A stretch of 64,000 bases of DNA from a virus. Both the position numbers and the translations under genes were made by a program. Below, piece by piece: positions 38,712 to 49,490 of this stretch (position 1 is its first letter; each line of letters begins with the position of its first letter). The stretch lies in the IMG/VR virus record IMGVR_UViG_3300037193_002967, positions 8,174-72,173 of that record; one strand, given 5' to 3'. Below the pieces are notes generated by a model. It saw only the letters and a list, made by a program, of their open reading frames with translations, was not told where the DNA came from and searched no databases.

Positions 38712-40911
38712 ATTCTACTTGAATGGTGATCCATGTGAAGAGCCTATTGGATGGGCTGATTTCGAATTATCGATGCGCCGGGATGACAAAACCCATGGCA
38801 TTCAGTTTGAGGTTAGTACTGGAACATTACGTTTTTATGGACCTGATGCATTATATCTTAAAGAACAAAAAGAATTGCATGGAATTAAAGCTCACGTGGA
38901 ATTTGTGGCTCAGGAATTTTGCGATGACCCATATACTCCATTTGAAGAAATAAGAGGTCAATTGAATTTTGGTAAATACAAGGAATTATGCGGAAATCAA
39001 TGTTTAGTTGAATTGCCAGTTGAGGAAGATAGTTGCAGGTTGATCTTTAAAAATAAATACGATCAAAAGGTTGATTTGGATTCTGCTCTTACTTTTAATG
39101 GCATCAATTCTTTACCGAATTATACAGGCTTAAGGATCGATATGGAATTACCGCCTAAAGCATTACAAGCGGCGGTTGATGGGAGTGTTGGCGAAGAAGA
39201 TAATATTGTAGAATTTGACGAAACGATTATTCAGGCCGCAAGATTTTTTATTAGGCCAACATATATAATTGAAAGGTACAATAATATTTTAACAGGCCAG
39301 TTAGTGCCGGTTAGCAATTGGGATACCACAGACGGCGCTGATTTTCCAATAAGCCCGCAATTATTGTTTGAAGATATAATAGCATGTTTTGATGGAGATT
39401 TTGAATATAGCGGAAGACAAAAGGGGCTTCTTGAAATTACGGAAAATGGATCAAATGCAGGTGTGTATGCCTTAAAGCATAAAATAGTTAAATGGGATGG
39501 AAATGGCAGTATATTTAATGACTCCACATTAATTGCAGAACACGTGTTTTTTGATGATTTTGGTAATCCTGTAGAAATACCCTATAGCGTTAGTTTTGAT
39601 AATACACTGAGCGGTATTTTAACTTTGGCCGAAGGAGATGGGTTATATAATGTTATAGAGGTTGGGGTGTTGACGGCGCTTTCTGCTTCTTTGCATTTTA
39701 AAGTTACTTATGATGATGATACATTTTTTACTTTATCAGCGAGAAAAGAATGCCCATCTACAAATGCAGAAGTTTATTTGATCCACGAAACATTGAGCCG
39801 AATTGCTGAAAGTATAACAGATATGTGTATACGAGTAAAAAGTTCTTATTATGGTCGAATAGACAGTCAGCCGTTTGCTTTTCCTAGTGATGGGTGTGGT
39901 GGTTTAAGACTATTAACTAGTGGACTTAAGATTAGACGCGCACCAGATGGAAAATTTTTCGCCAGTATGAAAGATGTAGTGGAGGGATTAAATTCGATTG
40001 ATAATATTGGATTTGATATTGTGCCAGACCCGGATTTGCCTAATAGGTTTTTAATGTATATCGAAGAAGTGGGATATTTTTATCAAGATGAAGAGGTGTT
40101 TATTATTGATCATATACCTGAAGGTACAGTAGAGATGCAAGAGCAAATGCATTATGCCAAAGTGAATGTAGGGTATAAAAAATGGGAAGTAGAAGGGGTT
40201 AATGGCTTGGATGAATTCAATAGTACTAGGGAATATAGAACTAGCATTGATACAGTCAATAATACGCTGGATATTACTAGCAATCTAATTGCTGGCAGTT
40301 ACCCTTTGGAAATAACAAGACAGCAAAATTTTGCTGATAGTGGTGCGGCAGATACGAAGTTTGATAATGATATTTTTATTGTAACTTTAAAAAGAAATGC
40401 GTACGATTTTTCGGTAGAGCAGGACAATGTATCAAGTGCCGAAAATTTCTTTGATCCTCCTAGCATTTACAACTTTAGACTAAGCCCCGTACGAAATTTG
40501 ATGCGTTGGTATAAGACAATTGCTGCCGGATATAGAAATTTAACGGATGGGGAAAATAAATTGTTTTTTGGAGCCGGAACCGGTAATATCAATGCCAGGG
40601 GTGAGGTGATTGAGGGTGCCTATGATGCAGAATGCAAAATAGAATCGATGCCCATTTCTGAAAATCAGGATATTTTTATCACTCATTTCGCTAGGGCAGA
40701 AGACTACACGCCCTTATATAAGAACGAAACTTTTTCTTTTGAATACCCGTTAAGTATTTCTGAATATAAGGAGTTAAAAGCTTCTCCATATGGTTATATA
40801 AGTTATAGATGTGGGAGTAGCGGAGATTTTGAAAAGGGATTTATTAAGGAAGTGAAATTCAGGCCAGCTAAAGGCATGGCCTCTTTTTCATTAATTAAAA
40901 AATGGTCATGA
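38701..40911 (+). CDS. Tail/baseplate structural protein
   Basis: 736 aa, acidic, beta-rich, directly after the tape measure gene. Confidence 0.6.
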   Translation: MEYRFYLNGDPCEEPIGWADFELSMRRDDKTHGIQFEVSTGTLRFYGPDALYLKEQKELHGIKAHVEFVAQEFCDDPYTPFEEIRGQLNFGKYKELCGNQCLVELPVEEDSCRLIFKNKYDQKVDLDSALTFNGINSLPNYTGLRIDMELPPKALQAAVDGSVGEEDNIVEFDETIIQAARFFIRPTYIIERYNNILTGQLVPVSNWDTTDGADFPISPQLLFEDIIACFDGDFEYSGRQKGLLEITENGSNAGVYALKHKIVKWDGNGSIFNDSTLIAEHVFFDDFGNPVEIPYSVSFDNTLSGILTLAEGDGLYNVIEVGVLTALSASLHFKVTYDDDTFFTLSARKECPSTNAEVYLIHETLSRIAESITDMCIRVKSSYYGRIDSQPFAFPSDGCGGLRLLTSGLKIRRAPDGKFFASMKDVVEGLNSIDNIGFDIVPDPDLPNRFLMYIEEVGYFYQDEEVFIIDHIPEGTVEMQEQMHYAKVNVGYKKWEVEGVNGLDEFNSTREYRTSIDTVNNTLDITSNLIAGSYPLEITRQQNFADSGAADTKFDNDIFIVTLKRNAYDFSVEQDNVSSAENFFDPPSIYNFRLSPVRNLMRWYKTIAAGYRNLTDGENKLFFGAGTGNINARGEVIEGAYDAECKIESMPISENQDIFITHFARAEDYTPLYKNETFSFEYPLSISEYKELKASPYGYISYRCGSSGDFEKGFIKEVKFRPAKGMASFSLIKKWS

Positions 40912-41114
40912 ATTTAGAGAATATTTGGCATGTAGTTCCATTAAACGATCTATTTAAACATGATACAATTACTTTTAATAATGGGGAAAATATAGTTTGT
41001 GAATGTGATTGCGAACCATCCATTTCGACAGAAGAAAACGGATTTGTTGTAATCCACCACAGCTTTGACGGCAGAGAGGGGATTGAAGCCGTAAACGAAA
41101 TCTTAAATAAGTAA
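40902..41114 (+). CDS. Small His/Cys-rich hypothetical protein
   Basis: WHVVPLND...CECDCEP...HHSFDGRE. Confidence 0.6.
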   Translation: MVMNLENIWHVVPLNDLFKHDTITFNNGENIVCECDCEPSISTEENGFVVIHHSFDGREGIEAVNEILNK

Positions 41115-41115
41115 C

Positions 41116-41853
41116 ATGCCTTACAGAATCGAAACAAGCCAGTTTAGTTTTGTTCAATTTGCCGAAGGTGATTCAATTGAGGCATGTGGATGGTCTAGTG
41201 CGGATATGTGCTTGCCAGTATTTAATACAGAGGATGTATGGTTTCAGTTTGTAGTAGCTTCAGACACAAAAGAGGAAGCAGATGATCTATGCGAAAATGA
41301 AGATTTGATAACACTAGGTCTTGTCGAGGCATGTACCGATGGTTTTTTATTGGAATTTAGTCAGAAGCCTAACCGATATCGAATTAGTGATACCCGAGTT
41401 AGATACGATTGGACGCATGGCTTCCCTGGTTTTCAAAATGTGCTAAGTGTTGGGGAATGCTTTCATATAAAAGTTTTGATCGTAAATCAGCAGTTTTGTA
41501 GTAATTGTTTTCAGCGTATTGTCGATGATTGTCATACAAGCGTAATTCAATATGGAAACAATGATAATGCCTTCGGGTTTAATTATTGCGCAGGCGCTAC
41601 AGATGAGCAACAGGATGAAAGCTGTGAGCCATTAGAAATACCTTTTGGGCCGAGTGTGGCAACCATGACCATACCATGGACAGCTTATTTAAGGGATAGG
41701 TATGGTGATTTCCCGAGTGTTGAGGTTTGGACCTACGAGCCAGGAGGCGAGTTAATTAAGCCTGGAATAGTTGCTGAATTAGATGGTTACCCACCTAATG
41801 AAATCAGGTTGGATTTTGGGGGTCCCAGTTCAGGGGTTATAAAAATAATGTGA
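41116..41853 (+). CDS. Cys-rich tail structural protein
   Basis: Acidic, beta-rich; tail-module context. Confidence 0.55.
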   Translation: MPYRIETSQFSFVQFAEGDSIEACGWSSADMCLPVFNTEDVWFQFVVASDTKEEADDLCENEDLITLGLVEACTDGFLLEFSQKPNRYRISDTRVRYDWTHGFPGFQNVLSVGECFHIKVLIVNQQFCSNCFQRIVDDCHTSVIQYGNNDNAFGFNYCAGATDEQQDESCEPLEIPFGPSVATMTIPWTAYLRDRYGDFPSVEVWTYEPGGELIKPGIVAELDGYPPNEIRLDFGGPSSGVIKIM

Positions 41854-42252
41854 TTAAAACTCTTTACTATGAAAGTAATAAAGGTTCCATTATTGGTAGC
41901 TGGTGTTCTGTTTTTCCCAATACATTTACTTATAATGTTACCAATTGAATTGCCATTATGGAGGGAGTACCGTAAACAGAATTATAACGTGCCTGGGTTT
42001 TTGAAATTTTTCTGGGATCGATGTTGCTCCTTAAAAGAGGTTAATTACAAGAAATTTAAATCATGAATTTGTATTTTATTATTTACTGGCTTGTGGGATT
42101 TATTATTTGTGCAAGATTATTATACTTGGAAGCCGAAAGATTGGATATGGGCATGGCGATTTTAAATCCGTGGTTTTGGTTAATTGCAATGGTAGAGGCT
42201 ATTGTATGGCCTATAGTTGTAATATATTTCTTAATTCGTAAATTTAAACGTC

Positions 42253-42651
42253 ATGCCTGAATTAAATACCACGTTGGCGGTAAATTTTGATTTTGTAGTT
42301 AAGCAAAATCAAACGTTCAATCCGTTACTTACTTTTTTGCATGATGATGATAGCCCAGTGGATTTTACTGGTACCACCATAAAATTGAGTGTTCGAGAAA
42401 AGGATGGTTGCGGTTGTAATCGCGGCTGTAGTCCACATGACACTAATTTTAACCAAGTTTATAAGCAGGATTTTGTTCCTAACATAACTGGATCAGGAGA
42501 TAATGAGTTGCAATTTGATGATGTGATTGAGTTGGCTCCTGGTAAATATGTTTATGACATGCTTGTTGTATGGCCAGATGGTGAGCAGCAATATTATTTA
42601 AAAGGGAAATTCAAGGTCGAAAAATCGTATACTGATGCAAATGACAATTGA
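42253..42651 (+). CDS. Baseplate upper-protein-like Ig-fold protein
   Basis: QNQTF...PVDFTGTTIKLSVR...LAPGKYVYDM...YLKGKFKV. Confidence 0.6.
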   Translation: MPELNTTLAVNFDFVVKQNQTFNPLLTFLHDDDSPVDFTGTTIKLSVREKDGCGCNRGCSPHDTNFNQVYKQDFVPNITGSGDNELQFDDVIELAPGKYVYDMLVVWPDGEQQYYLKGKFKVEKSYTDANDN

Positions 42652-42744
42652 ATTTAAAGGGGTTTCGGTTTCGTTTAATATTTTCACAACAACCGGTGGC
42701 AATATAGTTATTAAGTATATTAATCAACCGATAATTAAAATATA

Positions 42745-43923
42745 ATGGCTTTTGTCAACAGAATTAGGTTGCCTTTTAAGATCACTCGACCTCAATATAC
42801 AGAAGAAAGAGAGGTGTTTAGAAAGTCTAATGGGGTTACCATGGTTCTTAGTTCGGTTATAAGAAAACGTTATGAAGGTGAAACGGATTTTTGGCCTGAT
42901 AAAATTCATGGCAGATTTAAGATTGCACTTAGTCACGATAATGTTACTATTGAAGGAGAAAAATACGTTGGCGGGGTTGTTCAGGATGGAGATTACACAA
43001 TCAATTGGCCAGATTTCTTGGACTACCCATTAGGAAAGGCAGAATTTTTTGTATTTGCAACTCCATTCGATGCCACAAATAGCAATTGTGGCGCATGTGA
43101 AGAATTCAGTCAAATTGTGGTTGAAGATGATAATATAGGAGATGTTGAGGAATCAGAAAATCTTATAATTGACGTGTTAGCGAACGATAGCATTTGTTGC
43201 TCACCAGTTATAATTAGTATTGTTACAGCTAATAGTGAATATGTTGAAAGTATTTCCATAACAGAAGATAATGAAATACAAATCTTAATTAAAGATGAAG
43301 TTATAACTCAAAACAGTGTAATACTTGCCACTTATAGGGCGCAATGTGAAAATGGGATATATGATGAGGGGAATATTATTGCGAATGTAACAGGAAGCGG
43401 TGACGCTGGGTGTTTGGCACCATTGAATGTTAATGCCGATTCAGTAAGTGATGATACAGCTTCAATAACTTGGACTGCGCCTGACCCGGCGCCTGCCTGC
43501 GGATATATATGGAATCTTTATTTAACTACCGATCTCGGAACCCCTATTCAAAGCGGTACTACTACCGAAACAGAATTAGATTTAACTGGCCTTACGCAAC
43601 GCAGGCAATATAGGATCGATATACAAAGCGATTGTTGTGATGGGAATGTAAGTAGCGTAGCCTTTGATACATTTACTACACTCCCAAGTGGTGGATTGGA
43701 GTCCTGCGGTAGTTATAGATTGTGTTATGAGCAGGCGCTTCCGCCAGAAGACGAAGGTGTGGCGCGCGTAGAATATTTGAATTGTAATGGAGACTATGAA
43801 GTATTGGTGATCCCAAATCATCAATGCCGAGAAGTGTGTATGTTGCAAAGCGGACCAGGTATACCAGTATATGTTAATCCGGGTGATTATGTTGTTACCC
43901 CTCAATATTTAGGACTATGTTAA
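42745..43923 (+). CDS. Tail protein with Ig-like and fibronectin type III domains
   Basis: IDVLANDS; APLNV...TASITWTAP...LTGLTQRRQYRIDIQ (FN3). Confidence 0.65.
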   Translation: MAFVNRIRLPFKITRPQYTEEREVFRKSNGVTMVLSSVIRKRYEGETDFWPDKIHGRFKIALSHDNVTIEGEKYVGGVVQDGDYTINWPDFLDYPLGKAEFFVFATPFDATNSNCGACEEFSQIVVEDDNIGDVEESENLIIDVLANDSICCSPVIISIVTANSEYVESISITEDNEIQILIKDEVITQNSVILATYRAQCENGIYDEGNIIANVTGSGDAGCLAPLNVNADSVSDDTASITWTAPDPAPACGYIWNLYLTTDLGTPIQSGTTTETELDLTGLTQRRQYRIDIQSDCCDGNVSSVAFDTFTTLPSGGLESCGSYRLCYEQALPPEDEGVARVEYLNCNGDYEVLVIPNHQCREVCMLQSGPGIPVYVNPGDYVVTPQYLGLC

Positions 43924-44786
43924 AACAAGGTGTTCTTATAATCGCTATTGGCCATCCTTATTACGGCCGAATGGCCTTTAATTTGGCAAAAACTATCAAG
44001 GCAGTAGACAAAAATATGTCAATACAAGTGGTAGTAAATGAATCTTCATTGAACCACATTAGCCATAAAGATTTGTGGGTATTTGATTATATAACTTATA
44101 CTGATATAATAAATGGGTTTGAATGCAAGCTACACGCTGATAATTTATCCAAGTTTGAAAATACTCTTTTAATAGATGCTGATTGCGCATGGGTAAACTT
44201 ATTAAGCCCATCTAACCTTTTTAATACATTAAGTGGATGCACATTTACTGGAATTACAGAGGGTTACTTTGATCCCAAGGTACCCCAGGCAAGCGAAGTA
44301 CATCCAAAATATTATTTTTGGGCCGATATCGATGAGATTATTTCAAAATATGGGTTGACAAATATTATTTTTCAATGGCGGAGTGAATTTATTTATTTCG
44401 AAAAATGTGACTGGGTAAAAGTTATGTTTGATGTAGCCAGGGAGGTTTATCAAGATGCACCACAAAGGCTGAAAAGTATAAAATTATTTGCTCATCATGT
44501 GCCGGATGAACTTGCGTTAAACATAGCTGCAAGTACTTGTAATATACGGCCTCATAAATACAAATGGCAACCTAGTTTTTGGCATAGAATTAATCCGGGG
44601 TATTCTACAGTCGAACAGTTAATGTCTAAATATTATGTTCTTAGTTGTGGTAGCAACGTAACCGAAATGAATATAAAAAAGATTTACGACAGAATTGTTA
44701 AGGCTGCTAGTTATAAGTTAGGTATGCAACATATTTTCCCACTTATTTCCAAAAGAGAAATGATGCCTGCGCGTCAACAAATGTAA
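43917..44786 (+). CDS. GT-A fold glycosyltransferase-like protein
   Basis: GVLIIAIG N-terminal strand, LLIDAD (DxD), PDE motif. Confidence 0.65.
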   Translation: MLKQGVLIIAIGHPYYGRMAFNLAKTIKAVDKNMSIQVVVNESSLNHISHKDLWVFDYITYTDIINGFECKLHADNLSKFENTLLIDADCAWVNLLSPSNLFNTLSGCTFTGITEGYFDPKVPQASEVHPKYYFWADIDEIISKYGLTNIIFQWRSEFIYFEKCDWVKVMFDVAREVYQDAPQRLKSIKLFAHHVPDELALNIAASTCNIRPHKYKWQPSFWHRINPGYSTVEQLMSKYYVLSCGSNVTEMNIKKIYDRIVKAASYKLGMQHIFPLISKREMMPARQQM

Positions 44787-44790
44787 ATGT

Positions 44791-46635
44791 ATGGCACAAC
44801 AACCAATAGTATTGGATTATAGACAGTTGAAAGAATATTTTTTTGAGAATAAACATCACCTGTATTATTCTTTGTCAGTAGATAAGTACAAAGAATTTTT
44901 GCCGCATAGTGATGGTGAATACCCGAAGGATGTAATAGAGCGCCAGAGACCTAATGAACCAATGGCGGTAAAGGATTTCCGTAAAGAAATATGGGAACCA
45001 ATTACTAAACCTAAGTTCACACAGATAGTAAGTAGCTTAGGAAAAATAAGGAGAAGTAGTGATTGGGCTATTAAATATCCAGAAGAGGCAAAAGAATTAA
45101 CAAAGATATCAGAAGAAGAAACTTTACAAAAATATTGTGAAGAAGAATTCCCTTATTTTAAATCTGTAACAAATTGGGTATTCAGTGTGTTGATGAAATT
45201 TTATCTTATTGATCCCAATGCGGTAATGCTAGTAATGCCTTTAGAATCCAATGTTGATCCAACTGAATATATAAAACCATATCCGTATTTATTCAATTGC
45301 GAAGATGTATTTGATTTTGTTCCTGAGAAATACGCAGTTATTAGAAATCCATTAGGCAGCTCCTTATATAAGAATGGAAAAAGTTTTTATGTAGTAACGG
45401 AATCGGTTATTGAATTGTGGGAGCAGGTTAGTGCAAGAAATTTCGAAATCAGTGATCAATATTTTCATGGATTAGGGTTTATGCCAGCTTTTAAGCTGGG
45501 TGGAATAATAACAAAAAGTCATGGACATAATTTTTTGTATGAAAGCCGGATCAGTGGAATATTGCCCAGCCTGAACGAAGCAATTGCAGAATATACAGAT
45601 TTGCAAGCAGCAAAGCGATTACATATATATCCTGAGCGATGGGAGTTTAGTCAAAACCAATGCACCACCTGTAAAGGCGCAGGCACTATTAGGAATTCAT
45701 CTTATACAGCAGGCAGTGGTTTTGATCCTATTGTTCGTTGTAATGATTGTGGAGGATTGGGGGTAAATATTAATAGTGGCCCTTATAGTAAGGTTATCGT
45801 TAAACCTACTGACGCGGGCATGGCGGCAATACCTACACCACCGGCTGGTTTTATTGAAAAAGATGTAGAGATCGTAAAGATAATGGATGAAAGCTGGCGT
45901 AAACATATTTATGATGGTCTTGCCTCAATTAATTTTCAATTCCTTGATAAATCACCTTTAAATCAAAGTGGATTAGCTAAAGAAGTAGACAAAGAAGAGT
46001 TAAATAACACTGTTCATTTGATTGCCGAGGATATTGTAGCAGTAATGGACAAGTTTTATAAATCAACCGCTCATTACCGTTATAAAGATTTATATTCTTC
46101 TGAGGAAATAGATACTATGCTACCGTCTATTCCTGTTCCTGATCATTTTGATTTATTAAGTAGTCAATTTATGCAAGAAGAAGTGGCGAAAGCTAAGACT
46201 TCTAAATTACATCCAACTATTGTAAGTGCAATGGAGATAGAATATACTGGGAAACGATTTATTAATGAACCGGAAGTTAAGGACAGGCTGGAACTAATTT
46301 TAAGACTTGATCCGTTACCAAATATTACAGAAGAAGAAAAAATGACAAGATTGAGCAATAAGGGCATTACTCAACTTAATTATATCATTAGCAGCAATAT
46401 TCAATCTTTTGTACAACGGGCTATCGATGAAATACCTGATTTTGCTTCCAAATCATTACCAGAACAAATAAAGGTTATGGAAAAATATGCGCAAGCTCAA
46501 ATTGATGCTGCTAAGGCAGAGGTGGAAGAAATGATGCAAAGACAGATTGAATTAATAGGCAATCAACCACCTGAAACTGGTGATCCTAGTGAAGAAGATG
46601 AAGAAGAGCCAGTATTAGAACCTGAAAATGTATAA
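44791..46635 (+). CDS. Portal protein with inserted CxxCxGxG zinc finger
   Basis: 614 aa, QSGLAKEVD (portal-like SGxA), acidic tail, followed by a head morphogenesis gene. Confidence 0.75.
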   Translation: MAQQPIVLDYRQLKEYFFENKHHLYYSLSVDKYKEFLPHSDGEYPKDVIERQRPNEPMAVKDFRKEIWEPITKPKFTQIVSSLGKIRRSSDWAIKYPEEAKELTKISEEETLQKYCEEEFPYFKSVTNWVFSVLMKFYLIDPNAVMLVMPLESNVDPTEYIKPYPYLFNCEDVFDFVPEKYAVIRNPLGSSLYKNGKSFYVVTESVIELWEQVSARNFEISDQYFHGLGFMPAFKLGGIITKSHGHNFLYESRISGILPSLNEAIAEYTDLQAAKRLHIYPERWEFSQNQCTTCKGAGTIRNSSYTAGSGFDPIVRCNDCGGLGVNINSGPYSKVIVKPTDAGMAAIPTPPAGFIEKDVEIVKIMDESWRKHIYDGLASINFQFLDKSPLNQSGLAKEVDKEELNNTVHLIAEDIVAVMDKFYKSTAHYRYKDLYSSEEIDTMLPSIPVPDHFDLLSSQFMQEEVAKAKTSKLHPTIVSAMEIEYTGKRFINEPEVKDRLELILRLDPLPNITEEEKMTRLSNKGITQLNYIISSNIQSFVQRAIDEIPDFASKSLPEQIKVMEKYAQAQIDAAKAEVEEMMQRQIELIGNQPPETGDPSEEDEEEPVLEPENV

Positions 46636-47600
46636 TGGCCAGTTTTAAAGCTATAATAGATCGTATTGATGATGCAATTGCTACGTTTGCAGAAAAAATT
46701 CCAGCTTCGCAGCGGGACATGTTATATGCTATTGATGAAGAGTTGGCAAGGTTAGATTTGTTAAATGGGAAAATAAAACCTACGGTAGCAAATCTAAAGA
46801 TTGTTAATAGTATAAAAAATAAGCTCCTTCGTGTGATCCTTACCGATGAGTATAAATCTCAGGTAAAAGATTTTATACAATCTTTTAGGGATATTACTAC
46901 TCTTCATAATCAATACTGGCGAAGTATTGAAAAAAAGTTCAAGCCTAGTAGCATTCTTAAAGAGGTAAAGAAAGTAGCTATTTCTGATACCATTGAAAAG
47001 CTTACTGAGAATGGAATAAATGTAAGTGTAGCAGGTCCTGTAGCAGATATCCTAAATCAAAATATCACACAGGGCGGCAGTATGAAAGACTTGAGGGATG
47101 GCTTAAGAACTATGTTAACCGATGCAGGCGATACCCCAGGACTATTAAAAAAATATGCCACGCAAATTACGACGGATAGTATCAATCAGTATAGTCGAAA
47201 TTATACTCAAATCGTCACCAGTGATTTGGGTCTTGAATGGTTTGGATATAGGAATACCTTAATTAAGACAAGTAGGCCGTTTTGTATTGCTATGGTAGAG
47301 CGACGATATTTCCATGTCAGTGAAATACCTGCCTTACTTAAAGCAACTGATCTAACTTACTTAAATCAAAAAACTGGCAAGAGGGAAAAGGTTAAATTAA
47401 ATCCAAAGACAAAACTTCCGGATGGAATGTATGCAACAACCAATGTAGCCAACTTTCTTACTCTTCTAGGTGGGTATAATTGTGGTCATCAGGCGGGGCC
47501 GGTAAGTGAAACCCTGGTAAAAATGCAGGACCCGGCTCTTTATAATAAGGTAATATCCAGTAATTCATATAAAGCGTGGAAAAGAGTTAACGCGGTATGA
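46635..47600 (+). CDS. Minor head / morphogenesis protein (gpF-like)
   Basis: SRPFC...GGYNCGH; coupled to the portal. Confidence 0.7.
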   Translation: MASFKAIIDRIDDAIATFAEKIPASQRDMLYAIDEELARLDLLNGKIKPTVANLKIVNSIKNKLLRVILTDEYKSQVKDFIQSFRDITTLHNQYWRSIEKKFKPSSILKEVKKVAISDTIEKLTENGINVSVAGPVADILNQNITQGGSMKDLRDGLRTMLTDAGDTPGLLKKYATQITTDSINQYSRNYTQIVTSDLGLEWFGYRNTLIKTSRPFCIAMVERRYFHVSEIPALLKATDLTYLNQKTGKREKVKLNPKTKLPDGMYATTNVANFLTLLGGYNCGHQAGPVSETLVKMQDPALYNKVISSNSYKAWKRVNAV

Positions 47601-47628
47601 TTTTTATATCAAAAAATATAATAAATTT

Positions 47629-48144
47629 ATGGCTCTTCACAATGTTAACATAAACTTGTGCCCACCAGGGGCGCACGAAGGTTTCGAAACTCTTAACAAA
47701 AAAATTGATCAACTTATTATGAGCTTACAAACTTTAGCTAAAGAAGTTACCGACCTGAGGGCGCAGGTAACTGATTTGCAGACGACAATTGACACAGAAC
47801 AGGATCAGATCAGAACCACGATTGACACCCTTAATACGAACATCGTAGCTTTGAATGGCACTATTCAGCAATTACAGGACCAGTTAGCTAATGGTGCCAC
47901 TCCTGAGCAATTGGACGCACTGCAAGCTGATATTATTGATGTACGTAATAATCTCACTACAGCAAAAGAAGATTTGGCGGGCACCATTCCCGATGCTCCA
48001 CAGGAGCCAGGTAATGGCGAAGGAACAAATGGCGGCGAGACTACTGGTGGGCAAACACCTACTACTGAACCTGCTACAGGCGAAGGTACTCCCGGTGGGG
48101 TAACTGGTAACCAAGGAACCAATACGCCATCAACTAATTTATAG
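47629..48144 (+). CDS. Coiled-coil protein with Gly/Thr/Pro-rich disordered tail
   Basis: Heptad repeats, then GNGEGTNGGETTGG... Confidence 0.65.
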   Translation: MALHNVNINLCPPGAHEGFETLNKKIDQLIMSLQTLAKEVTDLRAQVTDLQTTIDTEQDQIRTTIDTLNTNIVALNGTIQQLQDQLANGATPEQLDALQADIIDVRNNLTTAKEDLAGTIPDAPQEPGNGEGTNGGETTGGQTPTTEPATGEGTPGGVTGNQGTNTPSTNL

Positions 48145-48173
48145 TAGTTCTTTTGAGTCTAATCCCTTGATGC

Positions 48174-48202
48174 AAAAAAGGCTACCTTATTGGTAGCCTT
48201 TT
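48174..48202. terminator. Bidirectional terminator
   Basis: AAAAAAGGCTACC-TTATT-GGTAGCCTTTT between convergent genes. Confidence 0.8.
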
Positions 48203-48240
48203 GTTATAACTGCATATGAAACTAGAAAAGAGCCACACTG

Positions 48241-48546
48241 TCAATATTTTTTTAGTTCAATATTCAGGCTGTCTATTTTATATTGATAGCCCCAAATTTT
48301 GCTTTTGATCCGCATTCTTTCATTAACATTAATAGCCTGGGGGCTCATGATCTCACCAGTTTTGGCATAAGCGAATGTAGGAGCATGTTCCACCAATACC
48401 AGTGCGGCCTTTTGACGGCCAATGCTGTCTTTATAATTTTCAATCAATTGTGTGATTCTGGATTTTTTATTACCCCTATTTATATTAATAATAAAATACG
48501 TCAAAAGCAAACCAAGGAAAATAAAAATAATTACAAAATATTTCAT
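48241..48546 (-). CDS. Membrane-anchored hypothetical protein
   Basis: N-terminal TM MKYFVIIFIFLGLLL. Confidence 0.55.
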   Translation of the reverse strand: MKYFVIIFIFLGLLLTYFIININRGNKKSRITQLIENYKDSIGRQKAALVLVEHAPTFAYAKTGEIMSPQAINVNERMRIKSKIWGYQYKIDSLNIELKKY

Positions 48547-48744
48547 CTTAAATAAGTTTAGTTTTAAAAAGCCGCCCCGCATGACCAGGGCGGCAAAAGC
48601 AGAAAACATGACGAAACTTACATAGAAAATACACCAACTATGTAACAGAATTAATACTAAATGGTAACAATCAAAAAGCGTACGGGGTGATCTTACAAGA
48701 ATCGAAGTAACGCCTCTCTACGACACATTCAGTATTAAATATTA

Positions 48745-49137
48745 TTATAAAGAGCTTTGTTTTGATTCTTTTAGAAATTTAGTATAAAGTCTTCCCTTCT
48801 GCGTTAAATTGAATCTACAGGAAAATGGATCAGTTAAGATCATTCTTCCGTCTATTTCAATCCTGCCTAACATGAGACTTTCGTAAAGCTGCGTAAATAC
48901 CAGAAATGTCTCAGCAATATCTGCTGCTTCGTCATCATTTTCTATATTCCAAAATGACTCACCAGTTTCCATTTGGTAGACAGTATCTACATAATTTATA
49001 ATCAAATCCTCACTTATTGGGTTCCAGTTCTTTTTCCTAGAAATATTTACCAATCTACCAAATTCCTTGGTAGTCATATTTTCAAAGAAGTTTTGTAAAT
49101 CTCCCATACCGTGAGCTTTTAAAGAAAGGCCCACCAA
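48745..49137 (-). CDS. Hypothetical protein
   Basis: ORF; start uncertain. Confidence 0.55.
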   Translation of the reverse strand: MVGLSLKAHGMGDLQNFFENMTTKEFGRLVNISRKKNWNPISEDLIINYVDTVYQMETGESFWNIENDDEAADIAETFLVFTQLYESLMLGRIEIDGRMILTDPFSCRFNLTQKGRLYTKFLKESKQSSL

Positions 49138-49178
49138 CTAAGGGCCTTTCTGATGAATAAAACCACTATATGAAACAG

Positions 49179-49249
49179 TACACAGTATGGGAATCGAACC
49201 CATTACATTGACGTGAAAGGCCAACCGCTCACCAATTGCGTTACTGTGC
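49179..49249 (-). tRNA. tRNA-Glu (TTC)
   Basis: Acceptor GCACAGT/ACTGTGT, anticodon arm TTGGC-CTTTCAC-GTCAA, T arm ATGGG-TTCGATT-CCCAT; no encoded CCA. Confidence 0.8.
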
Positions 49250-49306
49250 TTGTACCAGCATAGAAATGCCGGGTACGTTAAATTCCAAAATCCTATGAAA
49301 AACCAG

Positions 49307-49411
49307 TGACCGGCAGCGGATTCGAACCACATAACTAACGCAGAAGCTGCGCTTTACCTGATACTGATATTGTAAATATACCGCTAAGTATATTACTCAC
49401 AGCGCCGGTCA
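49307..49411 (-). ncRNA. Atypical tRNA-like RNA
   Basis: Closing stem TGACCGGC/GCCGGTCA and T loop GG-TTCGAAT-CC, but non-canonical D and anticodon regions. Confidence 0.5.
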
Positions 49412-49490
49412 TTTGCCCGCCGTATCGTGCGGGCGCGTAACGCGATTATGAGATTTTACACTGTATAGATGGTCGGTAAAATTAATTTAC

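Noticed and set aside
47629-48144. Collagen-like repeat
   Set aside because: Gly spacing is not a sustained G-X-Y; it is a low-complexity tail
49138-49332. 64-aa ORF
   Set aside because: Overlaps tRNA-Glu and a tRNA-like element on the same strand
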